Assembly: GCA_040401995.1 (NCBI GenBank)
Contig: JBBANM010000030.1
Coordinates: forward strand, 3,390 to 67,389
Length of the DNA stretch: 64,000 bases
Direction of reading: 5' to 3'
DNA from: Saprospiraceae bacterium
GTDB lineage: Bacteria > Bacteroidota > Bacteroidia > Chitinophagales > Saprospiraceae
Position 1 is the stretch's first letter; every line of letters begins with the position of its first letter. Below are positions 10,768-18,421 of this stretch, one piece after another. A program made the position numbers and the translations under genes. Below the pieces are notes generated by a model. It did not search any database and was not told the DNA's origin. It saw only the letters and a program-made list of their open reading frames with translations.

Positions 10768-11336
10768 TGGACATTCGCCATTGTATAGTCAGAGTAGGTA
10801 CGGGTAGTGGCATACTGGTACTGGGTAAAGATGATATTTCCTACATTCTTACCTGTGCGCATGTTTTGGGTGAAAATCATGAAGCTGTTGAAGTTGCATT
10901 TTGTGATGAAGAAGCCGCGTTTTCTCAAAAGACCACCACTTCTGTAATTGACTTTTGCCCAATTAAGGAGGAAGACATTGCTTTATTGGCCTGTCCTCCC
11001 ATTGTACCCCTACACTATCAATCTATCAAATTATTGAATTCATTGCATGGGCGAGGCTTACCTACGTTTACCTTTGGTTTTCCAATAAGTTTTGGAACAA
11101 ATGGTCGCGCTGATCGGTGCAAGATTGAAAATTTAGAGACCAAGACCAATGGCGGCTTCGATTTATTAACATTAAGTGAAGGTCAGGCACTCAAAGGTGG
11201 ATTTAGTGGTGGTCCACTATTGGACGCGCAGTACCGACACTGCTTGGGCATATTGCGTGATCTCGAAAAACCTGATGAATACACGAGCGAAGCTTTAGCC
11301 TATGCCTATGCCGCAGAGCGGATTGTGGAAAGATTT
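10767..11336 (+). other. Domain: trypsin-like (S1/Trypsin_2-type) protease module, aa 1-190
   Basis: The His32 codon 'cat' lies at 10860-10862. All three catalytic residues sit in canonical sequence contexts. Confidence 0.8.
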
Positions 11337-13652
11337 GAAAAATACCTTACCCTACAAACGCTTCACCCTTACCAAGCTGAATTACGCGCCATGTATCAAG
11401 AAGTGGTGTTAAACGACTCTAAAGGCATGACACTGGCCGATGTTTATATTGAACCGCATTATGGGATCCACCAAAATGGTTTTCCTAAAGATGATGAACG
11501 AATCAAAAATTTAGATAACCCATTTTTTCAAGTTGACAAGAGCCTTCACCACGATCTCATCACATTTTTTAAAGGTGGTAAAAGTCTTCTTTCACTTGAA
11601 GTAAAGCAATCAACTGTAATCCTTCTGTTGGGCGCCCCAGGACAGGGAAAAACCTCTTTTTGTAAACGAGTGATTTATGACTTAACCAGTGAAAAAACGA
11701 ATCCGTTTGGTCAAATCTACTGGTTAAGATTACGAGACATCCCAAACCCTATTGATTTAGCCATTTATCCTGAAAAAATCATCCTTGAGGAATTAAAAAC
11801 AAAAGTCACGGATTTAGAAATTAACTGGAAAAATTCCTTATTGATATTTGACGGCCTGGATGAGCTTTACATACAAGAAGGTTTTGGCAGCAGTAAAATT
11901 GACGAGATTTGTAAAAGCCTGGAAAACATGGCAGAGCGAAAAATAGGGTTACAAATTTTAATTACCTCTCGGTATGGATATGTTGATTTAGAGGCCTTAA
12001 AACAAAGAAACATTTTAATTCTGCGCTTGGAAGACTTGTCAGAAACTCAGCAAGAGCATTGGCTGACAAAATACCGTTTCTTTCATGAAGAGTCACCCTT
12101 AAAAATTGCCAACCTTAGGAAATATCGAGAACACCGATCTATTCAAGAATTGTTAGGGCAACCGATATTGCTACACATGATTGCCACTTTAAAAGAAGAT
12201 GCCAGCAATAAACCAAATCGAGCGGCTATTTATGGTTCATTAGTCAGTCAATTAGTCGAACGCCCTTGGTCAGCAAAAGGGCAGATCAATTTATTAAAAG
12301 ACATTGATTTAGATGAAAAAACACTAAGGCATGCTCTACAAGACATAGCCCATGCCATTTTTATCTCAGGCAAGGGGTATTTACGAAAAGAAGAATTAGA
12401 AAAATTACCAAAAGTTGAAACGATTCTGAATAAAATTCAGCAGCAAAATTTAAGCAATGACCTATTATGGCGAATTGTGATGAGTGCTAGTTACATGACT
12501 GACAAAAATAGAACAGCTGCTGATTTAGAAAATTCAGAAGATCAATCGGCCTATGGCATCGAATTTTTACACAAATCAATGTATGAATATCTTTGTGCAG
12601 AAAAAATTTGGCGAGATATTTTAAACGGATTTTTGGGTAAAGGGGATGATGGACAATGGAAAATTCGTGACGGTAACAGCGCATTAAATTTAGCACATGA
12701 CTTATTTTCAAGTGCCCCATTAAGTCAAGAAGTTCATGGTTACTTAGTAGAAATCATTCAAAACCATCACCCAGAAATCGATAAAAGTACACTTTCATCA
12801 CGAATGCAGGATCAATTTGCATATTGTTTAGAGCGACATTTTCTATATCAGTTTCATTCAAGTTCTCAAAAGTTTCCAATCCAAATGGCAATATCAACCT
12901 TTAAAGGCTATTGGAGTATTCTTAGTAACCTAGGTCAAAAAGTCAACTATATTGATTCAATATCGATATCTTCCCAATTCATATCATTAGTCCAAACTTC
13001 TTTCTTCAATACAATTTATAAGGATAATCTCAATTTAAGCTTTCAAAAACTGACTGGTTGTGAATTAACTGGTTCAAATTTTAATAATTCAAATATGTAT
13101 CATGTGGATTTATCCGAAGCTTTAATAGATCGCTCTTTCTTTTTTTCAGCAAATCTAGAAAGAGCTAATTTGAAAAAAGCTAACTTATTTCTATCTGTAT
13201 TAATCCATGCAAATCTAAATTATTCGGACCTATCTAAAGCAACTTTGAATGAAACAAATATGATGAGTTCAAATATCGTTAACGCAGATATGAGAGGTAC
13301 AAATTTAAGCGGTGCGAATTTATTCGATTCTTATTTAACTCATTCAGACTTAAGTAAAGCAATCTTATTAAAAACTATATTAAGTGATGCTGATCTTAGC
13401 TATGCTAATTTGAGCAATGCTCTTTTAACAAAAGCCGATTTGACAAATGCTAATTTAACAGGAGCCAAATTAAATAATGCATATTTGATTGGAACCAAAT
13501 TAAGAAGTGCCATTTTTACTTTAGAGCAACTCTTATCTACAAAATCTTTATATCAAGCAACGGGGATACCAGATGAGATGAAAAATGAATTAGAAGCACT
13601 GAAGCCATCCCTTTTTGATTTGCCTCAAATAGACGACAATGAATTCACATAA
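10767..13652 (+). CDS. Trypsin-like serine protease / NACHT-type STAND NTPase / pentapeptide-repeat fusion protein
   Basis: 961 aa. Protease triad contexts 'LTCAHVL' (H32), 'EEDIALL' (D70), 'GGFSGGPLL' (S147). Walker A 'GAPGQGKTS', Walker B 'LLIFDGLDEL', and 'ILITSR'. The C-terminus carries about 30 A(D/N)LXX repeats. Confidence 0.9.
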   Translation: MDIRHCIVRVGTGSGILVLGKDDISYILTCAHVLGENHEAVEVAFCDEEAAFSQKTTTSVIDFCPIKEEDIALLACPPIVPLHYQSIKLLNSLHGRGLPTFTFGFPISFGTNGRADRCKIENLETKTNGGFDLLTLSEGQALKGGFSGGPLLDAQYRHCLGILRDLEKPDEYTSEALAYAYAAERIVERFEKYLTLQTLHPYQAELRAMYQEVVLNDSKGMTLADVYIEPHYGIHQNGFPKDDERIKNLDNPFFQVDKSLHHDLITFFKGGKSLLSLEVKQSTVILLLGAPGQGKTSFCKRVIYDLTSEKTNPFGQIYWLRLRDIPNPIDLAIYPEKIILEELKTKVTDLEINWKNSLLIFDGLDELYIQEGFGSSKIDEICKSLENMAERKIGLQILITSRYGYVDLEALKQRNILILRLEDLSETQQEHWLTKYRFFHEESPLKIANLRKYREHRSIQELLGQPILLHMIATLKEDASNKPNRAAIYGSLVSQLVERPWSAKGQINLLKDIDLDEKTLRHALQDIAHAIFISGKGYLRKEELEKLPKVETILNKIQQQNLSNDLLWRIVMSASYMTDKNRTAADLENSEDQSAYGIEFLHKSMYEYLCAEKIWRDILNGFLGKGDDGQWKIRDGNSALNLAHDLFSSAPLSQEVHGYLVEIIQNHHPEIDKSTLSSRMQDQFAYCLERHFLYQFHSSSQKFPIQMAISTFKGYWSILSNLGQKVNYIDSISISSQFISLVQTSFFNTIYKDNLNLSFQKLTGCELTGSNFNNSNMYHVDLSEALIDRSFFFSANLERANLKKANLFLSVLIHANLNYSDLSKATLNETNMMSSNIVNADMRGTNLSGANLFDSYLTHSDLSKAILLKTILSDADLSYANLSNALLTKADLTNANLTGAKLNNAYLIGTKLRSAIFTLEQLLSTKSLYQATGIPDEMKNELEALKPSLFDLPQIDDNEFT
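11590..12206 (+). other. Domain: NACHT-like P-loop NTPase module, aa ~275-480
   Basis: Walker A is encoded at 11631-11654 ('ggcgccccaggacagggaaaaacc'). Walker B is 'LLIFDGLDEL' at aa 358-367. 'GQPILLHMI' lies at aa 464-472. Confidence 0.75.
13026..13514 (+). other. Domain: pentapeptide-repeat beta-helix, aa ~754-916
   Basis: Runs such as 'ANLERANLKKANL', 'TNLSGANLFDSYLTHSDLSKAILLKTILSDADLSYANLSNALLTKADLTNANLTGAKLNNAYL'. Confidence 0.85.
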
Positions 13653-13693
13653 AAAAGCCACTCAAGATTTCCTATCCCAAGCGGCTCTTTTTT
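13651..13693. terminator. Weak candidate bidirectional terminator between convergent genes
   Basis: 'aaaaaagcc' ... 'ggctctttttt', an imperfect stem with an A-tract and a T-tract. It lies in a 61-nt gap between convergent stops. Confidence 0.3.
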
Positions 13694-13713
13694 ATTTATT
13701 CTCACCTCTCTTT

Positions 13714-16536
13714 CTAATACCTAACCAACTTCTCCACCCGCTGCTGTCCATTCGACACCAAACGAACAAAATACATCCCAGCAGGGTGATCCAGCAGATC
13801 AAGCGGTACATCTGCCCGGCGCGTATTTGGAACTTGGGTTGCATATAAGATCTGCCCCATCGAGTTGATCAATTGCACCTGCAGGTTGGCGGTTTCTTTC
13901 AATTGCACTTGTAGTAAAGTAGTTTGACTAGTTGGGTTGGGCATCAACACCACTTTGTCGATGTTGGTTACTTCATTCAAACCCGTGATCGTGCCCACCA
14001 CCGCGCGCTGCACATCCGTACACCCGAAGCGGTCGGTAACCGTTACCGTGTAAGCGCCGCCCTTCAAGCCAGTAAGTTGCTTGGTGGTAGCGCCGTTGCT
14101 CCATTTGTAGGTATAAGGCCCCGCGTAAGGATCAGCAACAACGAGTGCTGTACCGTCGAAGATACCCGATTGGCTGGCCGTTGCCAAAACATTGGAGAAC
14201 GGCGAAGTACAACGAATCACGTTGATGTTGTCGATATCGATCCAGTAATCGCCTTGCCCCCAAGTGGCCAAAAAGCGCACTTGCACATACTTGCCGGAAT
14301 AAGCACCAAGCTTCACGGTGAGGCGGCGCAATGCAGTAGAAGGCACATGATTGGCGCGACTAATGATCGATACCGTAGTAAATGTTTTGCCACAATCGCT
14401 GGATACTTGAATGTCAATGCGGTCATTTGCGCTTAAATCTGTAGGTGTTACATTACCAGCGCTAGAATTTACAATCCGGTACTGGAAGGTTAAGCTGTCG
14501 TTGGCAGCAAGCGGGCCAAACACCGGCGTGGTGGCTTTAGCCGTCAAACGGCTGCTAGTGAGATTAGCCGATAAAACAAAGGTAGTATTGCCCCGGTCTT
14601 TGTTAACCACCAAGCTGTTATCCACTACCCAATCGGTTGGAACGCCGCCGCGTTCAAAGTTTTCGGCATAGGGCAATGGGTAAGCAATATAAAAGGTATA
14701 CACTGCGGTATCATTCAAAGGAGCTGCTTCGCCTACCACCCATGCTTTGATGGAGTAGCGACCAGGCGTGCTGGAATTGAATGGTGCGCGAAAAGTATAA
14801 GCGCGTTTGGCGGCAATTGGAATACTGAGGTTGCCCACGTTTTCAGTTACCACGGCGCCATTGTTCACGCGGTAGGCAACGTTGAAAGCCGTTACCGGCG
14901 CAGTGCTTAGGTTGCCCACGTTAAAGGCTACTTGATCGGTAGTGCTGCCGCAAGCATCCGTTGCGGTATTGCGTACATCAGTGCCGACAAAATCGCGATC
15001 GGCAACTGAAACACTAAAGTTATCCAGCGCAATGCCTTCGTAGCTATTGGCAAAATCTGATTGCAGCACCATACGCAGGCGCACATCCTTGGCCGTGGAC
15101 GTACCCGGGAGCGGGTGCGAGGCCGTGAACCAACCACTGAAACCGCCGTTACCCGTCCATACTTGTTTGGCGCGGTCGTTGTACCAGTTGATGCCAGAAT
15201 CGGTAGCGCCCAATTTCGCCCAACTCTTCCCGCCATCGGTGCTCAATTCCACCCAAGCCGCATCGCAGCAACTTTCTAGATCCAACTGCATCGCAAAGGA
15301 GAAAGTAGGATCGCGCTTAATGGAAGTAAAATTGAAACAAGGCGATAACAAGTAACTTTTTTCATTGAGTTTATAGTTGCCGCTCAAGTTGGTAGTCCAT
15401 ACTTGATTGCCGCTAAAAGCCTGATTGAGCACCCGTTTGTTGGGGGCGCCAAAAGCCCAGGTGGAATTGACGCTATTGGTATCCACCAGCCAACCGCTGA
15501 ATTTGCTTTCCAAATTGGTAAAGTAAGGCAGGGTGGAAATCGAAGGTACGCTGATGATGCGCACCCGAGTGGTATCATTCGTTTTGAGACTATCGCTTTT
15601 TAGGGCAGTCCAGGATTCGATGAGGTATTCCCCGGGGGTGGCAAAATTGGAAGTGGCATCAAAAACCGTCACTTTAGCGCTGTCTTTGCTAACAATCCCG
15701 GTATACAAGCCATCGGCAGGCATTTTCACGCCTGCTGCTTTGCCATTTACGGCATAATCAAAAGGGATCAAAGATTGCGGGTTGCCGCCATAATTGCGAA
15801 TCAGCACTTTGACCGAATCGGCGGAGGTCAATCCACAACTGCTGAGGGGGGCAACTATTTTGGAAACGCCCACGTCGTTGGCCCAGAGGGTTTTGAAGAA
15901 ATAAGGCCCAAGTACTCTACTGGTATCGCCAGGTTTGCAAACCACCGAGAGGTAAAACTGGTATCTCTTGTTTTCCTTGAGTTTAGATAAAGTCAGGGAG
16001 CCGAGCGGGGTGCGAATCACCTGACCCTTGCCGCGACGGAATCCCAGCGTGTCATATTCCACTTGATATACGCCATTGGTTACATTGGGCAACCAGCTAA
16101 TGCGCGAGGTAAAGGCGCGTACATCTTCAATTTTTATCTGTGATACCGGCGGCGGCGCGCAAGTAGGACATACGATTTTCGTTCTGAATACCACGCCAGG
16201 CAGTGGAAAAGGGCTACCCGATACAAAAACCGTGCGGTTTTCTTGATCCACCAGGGTGTAGCTGGCTTCGGAATCAAATTTGCCTTTAAAAAAAGCGAGC
16301 TGAAGGCTGTCGTTGTTGTTGAAGTACAACAAAAACTGCTGTCGACTGCCATTGGTCAAGGTGTAATCGGTATTTACCCCATTGACTCTTACTTGCAATC
16401 GAGCACCGTTCCAGCCATCGCCTTGGGTATCTTGCAGTTCCAAAGTGTAAACACAAGGCGCAGTTTGCGCAGAAACTGCCCAGGAGGACAAGCCAATCAT
16501 AAATAGTACCAAAAGTAAAGCCTTCACGCGTTGCAT
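13714..16536 (-). CDS. Large secreted multi-domain protein with T9SS C-terminal sorting domain (SprB-like repeat, MAM/anchor-J-like region)
   Basis: Signal peptide 'MQRVKALLLVLFMIGLSSWAVSAQ' from the ATG at 16536 (the ORF extends to 16602). 'GPYTYKWSNGATTKQLTGLKGGAYTVTVTDRFGC'. C-terminal domain 'LMPNPTSQTT...GMYFVRLVSNGQQRVEKLVRY'. Confidence 0.8.
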   Translation of the reverse strand: MQRVKALLLVLFMIGLSSWAVSAQTAPCVYTLELQDTQGDGWNGARLQVRVNGVNTDYTLTNGSRQQFLLYFNNNDSLQLAFFKGKFDSEASYTLVDQENRTVFVSGSPFPLPGVVFRTKIVCPTCAPPPVSQIKIEDVRAFTSRISWLPNVTNGVYQVEYDTLGFRRGKGQVIRTPLGSLTLSKLKENKRYQFYLSVVCKPGDTSRVLGPYFFKTLWANDVGVSKIVAPLSSCGLTSADSVKVLIRNYGGNPQSLIPFDYAVNGKAAGVKMPADGLYTGIVSKDSAKVTVFDATSNFATPGEYLIESWTALKSDSLKTNDTTRVRIISVPSISTLPYFTNLESKFSGWLVDTNSVNSTWAFGAPNKRVLNQAFSGNQVWTTNLSGNYKLNEKSYLLSPCFNFTSIKRDPTFSFAMQLDLESCCDAAWVELSTDGGKSWAKLGATDSGINWYNDRAKQVWTGNGGFSGWFTASHPLPGTSTAKDVRLRMVLQSDFANSYEGIALDNFSVSVADRDFVGTDVRNTATDACGSTTDQVAFNVGNLSTAPVTAFNVAYRVNNGAVVTENVGNLSIPIAAKRAYTFRAPFNSSTPGRYSIKAWVVGEAAPLNDTAVYTFYIAYPLPYAENFERGGVPTDWVVDNSLVVNKDRGNTTFVLSANLTSSRLTAKATTPVFGPLAANDSLTFQYRIVNSSAGNVTPTDLSANDRIDIQVSSDCGKTFTTVSIISRANHVPSTALRRLTVKLGAYSGKYVQVRFLATWGQGDYWIDIDNINVIRCTSPFSNVLATASQSGIFDGTALVVADPYAGPYTYKWSNGATTKQLTGLKGGAYTVTVTDRFGCTDVQRAVVGTITGLNEVTNIDKVVLMPNPTSQTTLLQVQLKETANLQVQLINSMGQILYATQVPNTRRADVPLDLLDHPAGMYFVRLVSNGQQRVEKLVRY

Positions 16537-16857
16537 AGGGATGGTTTTTATTGCTTTTTCCACATGTTCTAGCCGGAGCAAGTAAAGATTTTTTAAAAGC
16601 ATGCGCTGGTATTTTTTTGTTTAAAAAGTGTCTTGTATTTTGCCAAACAAAGAAACACTACCAAATTTGGCGGTGCTAGTGTTTTTGAGCCCGTACCCAA
16701 CACTTTTTTTGAGTGGTTAAAAATAGCAATTATCACAAAGTGATTTTGACTAGAATGTAGGAAAACTAAAAAAGACTGAACATTTTCGTTAAGGCTCTGT
16801 TCTAAAAAAAACGCAAATTCTTCATCACCAGTATCGAAGGTAAAAATATCGCAGGTT

Positions 16858-17763
16858 GTGGCAGTTTATTCAATCCGAGATTTAGAGAAATTGTCAGGCA
16901 TAAAAGCCCACACCATCCGTATTTGGGAACAGCGATATGGCATTATCGCCCCTAAGCGTACCAAAACCAATATTCGCTACTATCAAGATTCTGATCTTAA
17001 ATTTTTGCTCAATGTAGCGCTCCTCAATAAAAATGGGATCAAAATATCGCACATTGCCAAAATGGCGCGCGAAGAAGTAGCGGAAAAGATAGCCGCCATC
17101 TCTGAAGACAACTTTGAATATAGCACCCAATTAGACGCACTCACCCTTTCGATGATCGAAATGGATGAGTTGAAATTTGACCGCATCATTTCCATCAATA
17201 TTCAACAATTGGGTTTTGAGCGCACCATGTTGGAGATCATCTACCCGTTTTTGGATAAACTCAGCGTGCTCTGGCTTACGGGTTCAATCACTCCGGTACA
17301 GGAGAACTTCATCAGTCATTTGATTCGTCAAAAAACGATCGTTGCCATTGATAGCGCCCCGCTGACGACCAATCGACATGCGCCCAAGTTCATTATTTAC
17401 TTGCCCGAGGGGGAACGGCAAGAACTTAGCTTGCTGTTTATGCACTACATTTTGCGCTCCCGACAAAATTACGTGATCAATTTGGGGCATGAAATTTCGA
17501 TGATTGACCTCAAAGACGCGTACAAGGTGCAACGCCCCGATTTTTTATTTACCATGATCACCGAAACCTGGACCCAAGAACCCGTGCAGCGGTATATTGA
17601 TAAACTGGCCGAAAATTTTCCAAATTGCCAGATCCTCGTTTCCGGTTATCAGGTAGTGGCACAAGCGGTGAATCCGCCAGTCAATGTCTCCATTCTCAGA
17701 AGTTTGGATCATACGCTGGCTTTTTTGGACGAAATGCGCCAACCTGCAATGCGAGCACTATAG
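16858..17763 (+). CDS. MerR-family transcriptional regulator with C-terminal B12-binding-like (CarH/LitR-type) domain
   Basis: 301 aa with a GTG start. HTH 'YSIRDLEKLSGIKAHTIRIWEQRYGII'. The C-terminal Rossmann-like segment is 'FIIYLPEGERQELSLLFMHYILRS...VINLG'. Confidence 0.75.
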   Translation: MAVYSIRDLEKLSGIKAHTIRIWEQRYGIIAPKRTKTNIRYYQDSDLKFLLNVALLNKNGIKISHIAKMAREEVAEKIAAISEDNFEYSTQLDALTLSMIEMDELKFDRIISINIQQLGFERTMLEIIYPFLDKLSVLWLTGSITPVQENFISHLIRQKTIVAIDSAPLTTNRHAPKFIIYLPEGERQELSLLFMHYILRSRQNYVINLGHEISMIDLKDAYKVQRPDFLFTMITETWTQEPVQRYIDKLAENFPNCQILVSGYQVVAQAVNPPVNVSILRSLDHTLAFLDEMRQPAMRAL

Positions 17764-17826
17764 GATTTTACGCCTAGTGTTACCGTCTTTTTGCTTAGTT
17801 TTACCTGGCAAAAAAATCCCTATATC

Positions 17827-18384
17827 ATGGCATTTACTGAATCAACCATGCTGCCTGTTGGTACGATGGCTCCTGATTTTACGTTATTGGACACCGTTTC
17901 TGGTGCAATACGCTCACTCCAAGATTTAGCTTCTCCTAAAGCTACGGTCATTGCCTTTATTTGCAATCACTGTCCGTATGTGTTGCACGTGAACCCTGAA
18001 TTTGTACGCATCGCCCACGATTACCAAGCAAAAGGGGTCAACTTTATCGGCATCAGTTCCAATGATGTTGTCGCTTATCCGCAAGACGGGCCTGAGCAAA
18101 TGACCCTCAAAGCTGCTGAATTTGGTTATTCTTTCCCCTACCTATATGATCCGACCCAAGAAGTTGCTCGTGCGTATGACGCGGCTTGCACGCCTGATTT
18201 TTACGTTTTTGACGGGCAATTGCGCTTGGCTTACCGAGGCCGCATTGATGATTCGCGCCCCAAAAACGAAATACCTTTAAGTGGAAAAGATTTACGGGCT
18301 GCCCTCGACGCTATTTTAGCTGGCGAGCCAGCGGCGGAAACCCAATATCCTAGCGGTGGGTGCAATATCAAGTGGAAAGAATAA
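17827..18384 (+). CDS. Thioredoxin-fold thiol-disulfide oxidoreductase (AhpC/TSA-like)
   Basis: 'MAPDFTLLD' and CxxC 'FICNHCPYV'. The ATG at 17827 is preferred over the TTG at 17791. Confidence 0.8.
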   Translation: MAFTESTMLPVGTMAPDFTLLDTVSGAIRSLQDLASPKATVIAFICNHCPYVLHVNPEFVRIAHDYQAKGVNFIGISSNDVVAYPQDGPEQMTLKAAEFGYSFPYLYDPTQEVARAYDAACTPDFYVFDGQLRLAYRGRIDDSRPKNEIPLSGKDLRAALDAILAGEPAAETQYPSGGCNIKWKE

Positions 18385-18421
18385 AAAATGGCGTCTCTTA
18401 ATCGAGAGACGCCATTTTTTT
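18384..18421. terminator. Bidirectional rho-independent terminator
   Basis: 'aaaaaatggcgtctct' / 'agagacgccatttttttt'. The 10-bp GC-rich stem (18389-18398 / 18405-18414) has an A-tract and a T-tract and lies between convergent genes. Confidence 0.75.

Noticed and set aside
13026-13514. A nucleotide-level tandem (15-nt) repeat or slippage-prone array in the pentapeptide region
   Set aside because: The periodicity is at the protein level. Adjacent 15-nt units differ at many positions, so there is no exact DNA tandem repeat that would suggest phase variation.
10203-13713. The STAND cassette as a classic integrative island or prophage remnant
   Set aside because: I could not find an integrase, transposase, tRNA, phage genes or flanking direct repeats. 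Only the compositional skew and the terminator boundaries support foreign origin.
13924-14436. 170-aa plus-strand ORF (and several 60-100-aa ORFs) inside the T9SS cargo gene
   Set aside because: These are shadow ORFs opposite a long ORF that has a signal peptide and a T9SS C-terminal domain.
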